Positions 41,101 to 51,662 of a DNA stretch of 64,000 nucleotides are shown here, piece by piece; within the stretch, counting starts at the first letter, position 1, and the number at the start of each line of letters is the position of its first letter. The position numbers and the translations under genes were made by a program. This DNA comes from Mytilus trossulus. Taxonomy: Eukaryota. Under the pieces are notes generated by a model. It was not told where the DNA came from and searched no databases. It was given only the letters and a program-made list of their open reading frames with translations. The stretch covers positions 39,742,001-39,806,000 of the forward strand of contig NC_086377.1 in the NCBI RefSeq assembly GCF_036588685.1. The letters run 5' to 3'.

Positions 41101-43980
41101 TTGAAACTCTGTGGTAGCCAGACGGGCCCGGATCCCAGAAAAAAATATTTAAGTGGGGAATAGCTTGGGTTAATACCTTTAAAATGAGCTAGGTCCGGTT
41201 CGGAACTTTGCCGTAGGGATATGCGGAAGAGTACCAAATGTGTAGTTGATATGAAAAATACGTAAATGGGGAACTTTGAACCTCTGTGGTGGTCAGACGG
41301 GCCCGGATCCCAGAAAAATATTTAAGTGGGATTTAGCTTGGGTTAATACCTTTAAAATGAGCTAGGTCCAGTTCGGAACTTTGCCGTAGGGATATGTCGA
41401 AGAGTACCGAATGTGAAGTTGATATGAAAAATACGAAAATGGGCAACTTTGAACCTCTGTGGTGGCCAGACGGGCCCGGATCCCAGAAAAAATATTTAAG
41501 TGGGGAATAGCTTGGGTTAATACCTTTAAAATGAGCTAGGTCCAGTTCGGAACTTTGCCGTAGGGATATGCCGAAGAGTACCGAATGTGTAGTTGATATG
41601 AAAAATACGTAAATGGGCAACTTTGAACCTCTGTGGTGGCCAGACGGGCCCGGATCCCAGAAAAATATTTAAGTGGGGAATAGCTTGGGTTTAAACCTTT
41701 GAAATGAGCTAGGTCCGGTTCGGAACTTTGCCGTAGGGATATGCAGAAGAGTACCGAATAGGTAGTTGATATGAAAAATACGTAAATGGGCAACTTTGAA
41801 CCTCTGTGGTGGCCAAACGGGCCCGGATCCCAGAAAAAAATATTTAAGTGGGGAATAGCTTGGGTTAATACCTTTAAAATGAGCTAGGTCCGGTTCGGAA
41901 CTTTGCCGTAGGGATATGCGGAAGAGTACCGAATGTGTAGTTGATATGAAAAATACGTAAATGGGCATCTTTGAACCTCTGTGGTGGTCAGACGGGCCCG
42001 GATCCCAGAAAAACATTTAAGTGGGAAATAGCTTGGGTTAATACCTTTAAAATTAGCTAGGTCCGGTTCGGAACTTTGCCGTAGGGATATGTCGAAGAGT
42101 ACCGAATGTGAAGTTGATATGAAAAATACGTAAATGGGCAACTTTAAACCTCTGTGGTGGTCAGACGGGCCCGGATCCCAGAAAAATATTTAAGTGGGGA
42201 ATAGCTTGAGTTAATACCTTTAAAATGAGCTAGGTCCGGTTCGGAACTTTGCCGTAGGAATATGTCGAAGAGTACCGAATGTGAAGTTGATATGAAAAAT
42301 ACGTAAATGGGCAACTTTGAACCTCTGTGGTGGCCAGACGGGCCCGGATCCCATAAAAATATTTAAGTGGGGAATAGCTTGGGTTTAAACCTTTGAAATG
42401 AGCTCGGTCCGGTTCGGAACTTTGCCGTAGGGATATGCCGAAGAGTACCGAATGTGTAGTTGATATGAAAAATACGTAAATGGGCAACTTTGAACCTCTG
42501 TGGTGGCCAGACGGGCCCGGATCCCAGAAAAAAATATTTAAGTGGGGAATAGCTTGGGTTAATACCTTTAAAATGAGCTAGGTCCGGTTCGGAACTTTGC
42601 CGTAGGGATATGCGGAAGAGTACCGAATGTGTAGTTGATATGAAAAATACGTAAATGGGCAACTTTGAACCTCTGTGGTGGTCAGACGGGCCCGGATCCC
42701 AGAAAAATATTTAAGTGGGAAATAGCTTGGGTTAATACCTTTAAAATGAGCTAGGTCCAGTTCGGAACTTTGCCGTAGGGATATGTCGAAGAGTACCGAA
42801 TGTGAAGTTGATATGAAAAATACGTAAATGGGCAACTTTGAACCTCTGTGGTGGCCAGACGGGCCCGGATCCCATAAAAATATTTAAGTGGGGAATAGCT
42901 TGGGTTAATACCTTTAAAATGAGCTAGGTTCGGTTCGGAACATTGCCGTAGGGATATGCAGAAGAGTACCGAATGTGTAGTTGATATGAAAAATACGTAA
43001 ATGGGCAACTTTGAACCTCTGTGGTGGTCAGACGGGCCCGGATCCCAGAAAAATATTTAAGTGGGGAATAGCTTGGGTTAATACCTTTAAAATGAGCTAG
43101 GTCCGGTTCGGAACTTTGCCGTAGGGATATGTCGAAGAGTACCGAATGTGTAGTTGATATGAAAAATACGTAAATGGGCAACTTTGAACCTCTGTGGTGG
43201 CCAGACGGGCCCGGATCCCAGAAAAATATTTAAGTGGGGAATAGCTTGGGTTAATACCTTTAAAATGAGCTAGGTCCGGTTCGGAACTTTGCCGTAGGGA
43301 TATGTCGAAGAGTACCGAATGTGTAGTTGATATGAAAAATACGTAAATGGGCAACTTTGAACCTCTGTGGTGGCCAGACGGGCCCGGATCCCAGAAAAAT
43401 ATTTAATTGGGGAATAGCTTGGGTTACAATGTAATAACTTTGAAATGAGCTAGGTCCGGTTCGGAACTTTGCCGTAGGGATATGGCGAAGAGTACCGAAT
43501 GTGTAGTTGATATGAAAAATACGTAAATGGGCAACTTTGAACCTCTGTGGTGGTCAGACGGGCCCGGATCCCAGAAAAATATTTAAGTGGTGAATGGCTT
43601 GGGCTAATACCTTTGAAATGAGCTAGGTCCGGTTCGGAACTTTGCCGTAGGGATATGCCGAAGAGTACCGAATGTGTAGTTGATATGAAAAATACGTAAA
43701 TGGGCAACTTTGAACCTCTGTGGTGGTCAGACGGGCCCGGATCCCAGAAAAATATTTAATTGGGGAATAGCTTGGGTTAATACCTTTGAAATGAGCTAGG
43801 TCCGGTTCGGAACTTTGCCGTAGGGATATGCCGAAGAGTACCGAATGTGTAGTTGTAATGAAAAATACGTAAATGGGCAACTTTGAAACTCTGTGGTGGT
43901 CAGACGGGCCCGGATCCCAGAAAAATATTTAAGTGGGTATTAGCTTGGGTTAATACTTTTAAAATGAGCTAGGTCCAGTT
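38131..43980 (+). repeat. 173-bp satellite array, ~34 monomers, ApaI (GGGCCC) and BamHI site in most monomers
   Basis: Monomer aaatgggcaactttgaacctctgtggtggtcagacgggcccggatcccagaaaaatatttaagtggggaatagcttggg... with period 171-175. Confidence 0.97.
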
Positions 43981-44527
43981 CCGTCTGACCACCACAGAGG
44001 TTCAAAGTTGCCCATTTACGTATTTTTCATATCAACTACACATTCGGTACTCTTCGGCATATCCCTACGGCAAAGTTCCGAACCGGACCTAGCTCATTTT
44101 AAAGGTATTAACCCAAGCTATTCCCCACTTAAATATTTTTTCTGGGATCCGGGCCCGTCTGGCCACCACGCAGGTTCAAAGTTGCCCATTTACGTATTTT
44201 TCATATCAATCACACATTCGGTACTCTTCGGTATATCCCTACGGCAAAGTTCCGAACCGGACCTAGCTCATTTTAAAGGTATTGACCCTAGCTATTACCC
44301 ACTTAAATATTTTTCTGGGATCCGGGCCCGTCTGGCCACCACAGAGGTTCAAAGTTGCCCATTTACGTATTTTTCATATCAATCACACATTCGGTACTCT
44401 TCGGTATATCCATACGGCAAAGTTTCGAACCAGACCTAGCTCATTTTAAAGGTATTGACCCAAGCTATTCCCCAATTAAATATTTTTCTGGGATCCGGGC
44501 CCGTCTGGCCACAACAGAGGTTCAAAG
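43981..44527 (-). repeat. Same satellite, inverted, ~3.2 monomers
   Basis: ccgtctgaccaccacagaggttcaaagttgcccattt is the reverse complement of the monomer; abuts the right TIR. Confidence 0.95.
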
Positions 44528-45177
44528 GGTTTTCACTGTCACCTGAGTGGTCTCCCGTAGGTTTCACTATATATTTATTCTTTTTTGGCTTTCCATAGAT
44601 ATTTCTATTTATATTTCTGAATGTTTTTATAGTGGCCGGCTTTAGTTTTATTTTTATATATTATATATTAAATTAAATCTTTGATGAATCTTTAATGTCG
44701 TTTTATTGATAAAAATCGATATTACATAAAGAGAAATATGCAGTTTATATAAGGGTTTATAATCGAGGACAACGATAATTTACGACAGCTTGAAGGGGTC
44801 ATAAAACTATTTGCGGCGTAATTTTTCACTCCTGTTAACTATGAAAATTATACTTTTTAATGATTTTCAACTAAATTTTAATATTGAACCGACTGCTAGC
44901 AACCGTCGGATATTGAATATCGAATATCGAATAACAAACCGGCAGCTAACTTCACATACATATTTTAAACGTAATGAAATGCTTTTAAATTAAGTTCAAG
45001 CCGCGAAACTGTCGAATTCCGCTGTTAAATTATATTTAACTAAGATTTAGCGATTTTTGGAACGTTAGGTCTTATGCAGTTTTTTGGTTTTTAGACATAT
45101 TGTCAAAATTGGCGGCTGGAAAAAAGTGGCTGCTATCTTGATTGGCCGATAAAAGTGGCTGCCAGCTTGAGTCTGGT
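44526..45177 (-). repeat. Right terminal inverted repeat
   Basis: Reverse complement of 37376-38028. Confidence 0.92.
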
Positions 45178-46791
45178 TGTTTTGACGCCATTTTTAACGC
45201 CGTGGCCGCCGTTTTTTTTTTATTTAGGGATGAAGCTGGGTTGCTTTACGAAAACAACCGACCTTCGTTAGGAAAACTATCAATCCTAGTCAATTAAGAT
45301 TGGAGTCGAGTGTACCCGCACGAGCGGGGTACGAACTCTCAACCTTAGTGTTGACTAGCTAGGAATAAAAAATTATATATAAATGAAATTTGACCAGAAA
45401 ACTATTCCTTTATTATCAGCTGTAAAATGTATTATGCATTCATAAATTGAAAGTTGAATTGACATAGCATTTTGAACAATATTGTATTATTGAATGGTAG
45501 AGGTTGATCAACACATCAATTCTATCATGTATTAGAAAGGGAAAAAAAAGAGAAGATCAATTAATTTCACCTTCAAACAAATCACTGAATGTCCACTTTA
45601 TTCGTGTTATAAGTAAAAAAAATAAAGTCAAACAATGCAAAATTTGCAATTTAATACCTTATAAAGTTATAAACAAGACTTCCACTTCACGCTTCAATTG
45701 TATCTCTCTTTTCCCTCTGACCTTGAAGGAAAACTGGCAAGCCGGTGCAAAGATTTGCCGATGAGTACATTTACAAAAAGGAGTACGAAACAGAATAAAC
45801 ATTCACAAACAGGTAAATTGTGCTTTTTTTTTTTATTAGCATATGTTTCTTTTTTCATACACAATGTATTTTTTTACTTTCACTTCGTGTCTGTCATAGT
45901 ATTATTTGTTGGCAGAAAAACTTATGATATAGATAAAAGAGGGGCGAAAGATACCAGAGGGACAGTCAAACTCATAGATTTAAAACGAATTGACAACGCC
46001 AATAAAATATAAAGACAAACAGACACATAATAGTACACAAGACACAACAAAGAAAACTAAAGACTAAGCATCACGAACCCCACCATACAAGGAGATATTG
46101 GCCTGAAAGAAATATATTGACCGAGGACGAACTGTGTGCTTTGAATGATATCGGATATGTTCCTTACGTCGTAACTACAATCCCCTTACCTTTCATGAAT
46201 GTGACCTACCGAATGAGACTATTTACTGGATTTGATATCACATATTAAGCAACACGACGGTTGCCACATGTGGAGCAGGATCTGCTTACCCTTCCGGAGC
46301 ACCTGAGATCATCCCTAGTTTTTGGTGGGGTTCGTGTTGTTTATTCTGTAGTTTTCTATGTTGTGTCATGTGTACTACTGTTTGTCTGTTTGTCTTTTTC
46401 ATTTTAGCCATGGCGTTGTCAGTTTATTTTAGATTTATGAGTTTGACTGTCCATTTGGTATCTTTCGTCCCTCGTTGAAGCACCATAAAACATAATAACA
46501 ACAGCATTTATCATACATGTCTGGAATCCTAATGCTTTACCCATAGCCGATTTCAATATGTTCTTTGTATTGAAAAAAAACACTTCTTTCAAAAACCCAC
46601 ACCAAATGATAAATATGAAGCTATGTTTCAAATTTTTTCGAGATAATGCTTTGAAAAAGAAAATTTCTACATTATGGTTGACTTCTCCATATACATATAC
46701 ACGCACACTTTCAAAGATATCCCTCTCATTATTGCATGAAAATTATACGATTGATATTCAGCAAACCCTATTATGTAATTTTAATATTCGA

Positions 46792-47215
46792 AACAAGAAT
46801 GTGTTCATCGTATACATTTGCCCCACTCGAGCTATCATTTTCTATGTTCAGTGGACGTGAAATTGGAGTCAAAACTTTGTCATTAAATTAGAAAGATCAT
46901 ATCTTTGGCAACATGTTTCAATTTCGACTTCAACTTCGTCAAAAAAAACCTTGATCAAACACTACATTGATGAAACTCTAACCGGAAGTTGGACAAATGG
47001 AAAACGGACGAACGGGCGAACGAAATGGCGGACGGACATACAGACAAACAACCGAACGATCGAAAGGACGGATGGACGAATGAACATACGAACGAATGGA
47101 CTGAAGGACAAACAAACAAACAACCGAACGATGGAACGGACGGATAGACGAATGAATGTACGAACGAACAGACGTAGAGACCGAAAACAGGATTTCCTTA
47201 AGTGGGGATTAAAAA
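46792..47215 (+). mobile_element. Non-autonomous element with internal (GGAC/GAAC)n microsatellite, Helentron/HINE-like
   Basis: aacaagaatgtg...ggacggac-type repeats...aagtggggattaaaaa; paralogous copies at 53705-54113 and 60555-60963. Confidence 0.55.
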
Positions 47216-47880
47216 ATTATGTACTAACGTTTTTTAAATGTATGACAATATATTACATTGATAATTTCATGTCAGCAGGATACCTGTATGCTGTCCTTGA
47301 TATCATACGATCACATTACGACCTTGATGTAGCAGTTATGTCACGTTCCACATATAAATCATGAGTGTAAGTTTCTGCAATGAATGTATAGAAATTTATT
47401 CAGTTTATTTAATCATTTAAGTTGGTCATATATGTGAAATGTGTCGGATGAATAAAAAAAATATAAACATTGTATCATGAAACACACTCGCCAGACTTCA
47501 ACCTATAATTAAATGAATTATCAGTATGTGTAATTGAGATATTCAAAAACTATCAAAATTTGTTTTCGAATAAGACACACAAACCATTCCTTAAATGTAT
47601 ACAACTATTTATGGAACTTCAATTACAAACAACAGTTGCTTGTAAGCTAAATGGTTCAGAATATCAAAACATTGTAAGTAGCTTTTCATTTTGGATATCA
47701 GATATATAACGAATGATGCCCTTCGATGTTTTTTGAAGTTTTTGTTTGTCATGTTATAGAACGAATGCATATTTTATCTTCATCATAAGTATATGAGTAG
47801 AATGAAAAACTATATTACATTGAACTAAATGATATAACAATATATGCATATACAGTTATATTATCATTTGGACACTTTTA

Positions 47881-47940
47881 GGGAATTTCCCGCAAGTCTC
47901 ATGTCTCACGTGCACAGTATAAAAAAAGATAATTGCGTAA
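47881..47940 (+). promoter_or_regulatory. Putative serpin regulatory module: kB site GGGAATTTCC, E-box CACGTG, TATAAAA, C/EBP-like TTGCGTAA
   Basis: Motifs at 47881, 47907, 47918, 47933; kB and TATA conserved at 54877/54914 and 61727/61764; both mutated in the pseudogene (33582, 33619). Confidence 0.5.
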
Positions 47941-48120
47941 AACTGTATTAACATTTTGTATTTAGTGCAACAAAAACAAGTGTATAAGGTCATATGATTT
48001 AAATCAACATCGAAGAATATGCGTAATAATAAATGTTAATCATTTCGTAATGAAATTTACCGTCATGTTGGTGGTATATAAGAATGAAAGCTTTCTCATT
48101 CTTTTATTAAAAGCTTAAAC

Positions 48121-49251
48121 ATGGCATCTAATGTTGCTTTCGAAGATGCCGTTGGTGACCTATCCTTTGCTTTATACAATGCAGTGGAAAAAAGTGGGAA
48201 TGAATTGATTTCTCCATACAGTATAACAAGTGCATTGATGCTTCTTATGCTCGGGACTGGTGGTACTACACACAAACAAATGAGATCTTCATTGTTCAAA
48301 CAAAACATAGCTGGTGATGTCAACATGGGGTACAAACTTCTCAACGATAAACTGTCCTCACTAACAGAAAAAGGAGTACAGCTTTCGATTGGTAACAGAC
48401 TTTTTGGGGATAACAAATTAAACGTTTTGAACACATTTACGGAGAATGCTTTACAGTACTACGGTAGCGATTTGAAACGCCTGAACTTTAAATCAGCACC
48501 TGATCAATCAAGAATCAACATCAATAGTTGGATTGCTAACTCAACGAACGATAAAATAAAGAATATGTTGCCACCTAATACTATAACTTCAGGAACTGTT
48601 TTGGTTTTAGTAAATGCAATTTACTTTAAAGGTACTTGGAATAAAGAGTTTAACCCGAATAAAACAAGAAAGAGGAATTTTCTGGACGAATCTAACCAGC
48701 AAAAACAAGTAGATATGATGTATGACCAACGCTTTGTCGTAGCCGGTGAGAATACCGAATTGAATTGCAAGATTTTGCAACTTCAATACACAGGAAGTAA
48801 ATTATCTATGATAATTATTTTACCCAATGATCAAAATGGACTTTCTCAACTTGAAAGTAAAATAAATATGGCAACATTTAAAAGTCTGTTTTCTGGAATG
48901 AGGCGACGAGATACAATAATCAGAATTCCAAAATTTAAATTTCAAGCTATGTATGATTTAAAACCAGTAATTTCAGCATTAGGAATTACTGAAATATTTG
49001 ACTTTCAGACAGCAAATTTCTCAAATATGACCTCCCCAAAAGGAGTTTTTGTAAATGACGCTCGCCATAAGTCATTTATAGAAGTCACAGAACATGGTAC
49101 GGAAGCTGCTGCTGCTACAACAGTTCAGATGGTGATGACAAGTTCATTTGGCGGACCATTTCAGTTTGTAGCTGACCATCCATTTATGTTTGTCATACGT
49201 GATAATAATTCAGGAACTATTCTGTTTGTTGGACGGTTTGTTAACCCATGA
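48121..49251 (+). CDS. Serpin (inhibitory-type hinge), 376 aa, intronless CDS, copy 1
   Basis: ISPYSITSAL, LVNAIYFKGTW, IPKFK, EVTEHGTEAAAAT hinge, FVADHPFMFVIRD..SGTILFVGRFVNP signature; predicted P1-P1' Thr-Ser. Confidence 0.97.
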   Translation: MASNVAFEDAVGDLSFALYNAVEKSGNELISPYSITSALMLLMLGTGGTTHKQMRSSLFKQNIAGDVNMGYKLLNDKLSSLTEKGVQLSIGNRLFGDNKLNVLNTFTENALQYYGSDLKRLNFKSAPDQSRININSWIANSTNDKIKNMLPPNTITSGTVLVLVNAIYFKGTWNKEFNPNKTRKRNFLDESNQQKQVDMMYDQRFVVAGENTELNCKILQLQYTGSKLSMIIILPNDQNGLSQLESKINMATFKSLFSGMRRRDTIIRIPKFKFQAMYDLKPVISALGITEIFDFQTANFSNMTSPKGVFVNDARHKSFIEVTEHGTEAAAATTVQMVMTSSFGGPFQFVADHPFMFVIRDNNSGTILFVGRFVNP

Positions 49252-51366
49252 ACGAATATAAAGTAAAATTTGTCAGCTTCAATTCATATTAAATTGTTGT
49301 ATTTCTATTATAAACATAACCTCAATCAATATTGCATTATCTTATTTGAGGTGACTAGATTATAGCGCGTCACGAACATGAACAGTTATGCTAAACAGTG
49401 GTGTAGTCTGTTGGTTTTTTTCCATTCTATTTTGCGATGGATGTTTTTCGCTTATAGTTAAATATTTTCTCAACTTTTCAATTCTTGAGTGTGATCTAAC
49501 ATGTTTACATGTTTTTATTTTTTATTTTAATTGCATACACAGTTCATCTCATAATTCGATTTCTTTTATCTATAGTAATGATTAAGATACAGCAATATCA
49601 TTTATACAGAAATAAATAATCATCATAATAAAAACACTACCTTTAGAAAACACATAAACCTGCATAAAGTTGAAGAGCTTTAAAAGATCCACTAGACCTG
49701 TACAGTTTTTTTCTGTTTCAAGTAAACGAAAACGTTCCAACATACACGAGTTTGCATACCGAAACACGACGGGTGTCACGTGTGTGTCTCTTGAAAGCCT
49801 GATTGCGATCACCTCCGATATAAGGTGTGTATATGTGATCCATGATTTTATGTTATTTGCTATGTAATTTTTCATTGAAAATAAATATATAAGAGAAAGG
49901 AACACTTGTATGATTTTATTAAATATATACATCCAAAAAATGTGATTTAATAACTGATAATTTATATCAATGATCAATCATTATCACATGTATCCCCTTT
50001 TTAGGTGGTTTACATTAGTTAAAACATAAACTCACCATAGTTTGTTGCGGACACTTGAATTAAAGTCAGCCATGAATTCATAAATGCCATAGTTTTAATA
50101 TATTAATGATGCAAATGAAAATGTATCTTATTGTTTTGTTACCATGGGTACGAAATGCTTAGTTTTTTTCTATGAAATTAACTTTTTCAATCTTTTTTAA
50201 TACAATCGTTTCAAAACCTTATTCGGCAGTCAGACAAAAATGAGTAAATATACATTTTGTAGAAATATTTGTTATCATGAAATTTAAAACCTAGTCATGC
50301 ATGACTGTATTAATGTTTTAACTGTGTTGCTATGGAAACAATTTCATGATGATATCCAAACGTGTTTTAAAAGATCCCGAAAGAAATAAAGATAACACAA
50401 CCTCCGATAAATTAAGTTTTACATACTTGGTATATATATGTAAAGCTCGGAATCGCTTTCATTCCACAAACATATCCATTTGACGTCGCTGAACTGCAAA
50501 ACATGTCTAGTTGCTGAAAAGCGCAAAAACATGTCTTTTTTATGAACACTCAATTTTATCTATTTTTTAAACGCCATTTCGTGTACTTTCCCCTTAAACG
50601 TAGCATAAGAGGTCAAAAGCATCTCCTATTTAAAACGACAAGAAAACTACCCTTAAATGTAGTATAAGGCTTATCCGGAGTAAATTAACACAAATTAATT
50701 TGCTAAGAAAGCAGTGAACAAAACTGTACAAATTCGTTAATTGCAATTTTTACATTTGCTCTATATGCATGAAATATTTCCTTCTAGACAGTGATCAATC
50801 AACAAGCAATAGTTAATTATGCAATGCTAATAAATCACCACAATAGTGAAGCATTGGGTAAACTTCCAACATTAAAAGTACATCCATATTCAATTTAAAA
50901 CGATGAGAATCATATTTATAAAATGATTAATAAAAAAGCTCTAAGTAGAAATAACTTTTTATTGTGTCATTCTTTTCGTTATCTGGTATCTGTTTATCTA
51001 AAACAGAAATCACTGTACAGTGTTTAACATAAATTGGACATTTGTCTATACGGATTACTACACCTTTCCTCCAGGAAGCCGTGGGTAGTGGCTTCGATAT
51101 TTTGTTTTGAATCTAACCGAATCCCGACTTCTTTTATCGTTACCGTATCGTTGAATGATCACTTTATTGACGTCATTGAGGATATATAAGGACTACACAT
51201 TTTGAGAAGTCTTGCGTTCTAACGCTTTTGCGAATTACAATCATCGGACATTTTTGTGCGAATGATAATTTTAAAGACACATGTGGGCGAAATAAAAACG
51301 TTTTGGGAATTGGACACTTTTAAGGGGATGGACACGTTTGGGAGAGTTACATAAGTAGACAATTTT

Positions 51367-51662
51367 AGTTTAGTTTAAACATATTTATCTATAGTGGATT
51401 GGGAAACAAGTTTTGATACTCAAATTAATCCCTTTCCATTTTAGCGGCATTAGCCTGCTCTTTTCGAAATCTACAAGGGTGTCGTTTATGTGCAAGAGAT
51501 AAGGCTCTCTCTTAACATGGGCCAGCCATTTATCGTCCCCTTACGACGGACTATCATAGTTTCCTCAAGACCATACTCGCAAATGGTGTCAAAGGAGAGC
51601 CGAAAATTCAGTCCCTGAAATTTTCATCCTGGAACGGGAATCGAACCAGGAACCTCTGTGAT
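51367..51662 (-). mobile_element. 5'-truncated tRNA-derived SINE with LINE-like tail and 13-bp TSD
   Basis: B-box GGTTCGATTCC on minus strand; tail aaatatgtttaaactaaactaaa; agtagacaatttt at 51354-51366 and 51663-51675. Confidence 0.8.

Larger units (their letters stand above)
37376..45177. mobile_element. Non-autonomous Foldback/MULE-like transposon filled with 173-bp satellite
   Basis: Ends accagactcaagctggcagcc.../...ggctgccagcttgagtctggt; ~650-bp TIRs; 9-bp TSD tgttttgac at 37367-37375 and 45178-45186; single-copy empty sites at 52326-52334 and 59180-59188. Confidence 0.92.

Noticed and set aside
38131-43980. CRISPR-like array
   Set aside because: Monomers are wholly repeated with no unique spacers; eukaryotic context and no cas genes
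38104-44546. Dozens of ~85-aa ORFs (MPIYVFFIST...) in the satellite
   Set aside because: By-product of a 173-bp period (not a multiple of 3) with TTG starts and frame changes at A-runs; no domain signature
45937-46475. Apparent TIR element
   Set aside because: Two independent copies of a common repeat in opposite orientation; the second is absent from paralogous spacers while the first is present
46951-47364. 137-aa Arg/Thr/Asn-rich ORF
   Set aside because: Translation of the GGAC/GAAC microsatellite; not conserved in the paralogous copies
48096-48434. Antisense ORFs over serpins (also 33797, 55036, 61886) and alternative-frame ORFs over TSP1 and tail exons
   Set aside because: Shadow frames of real coding sequence
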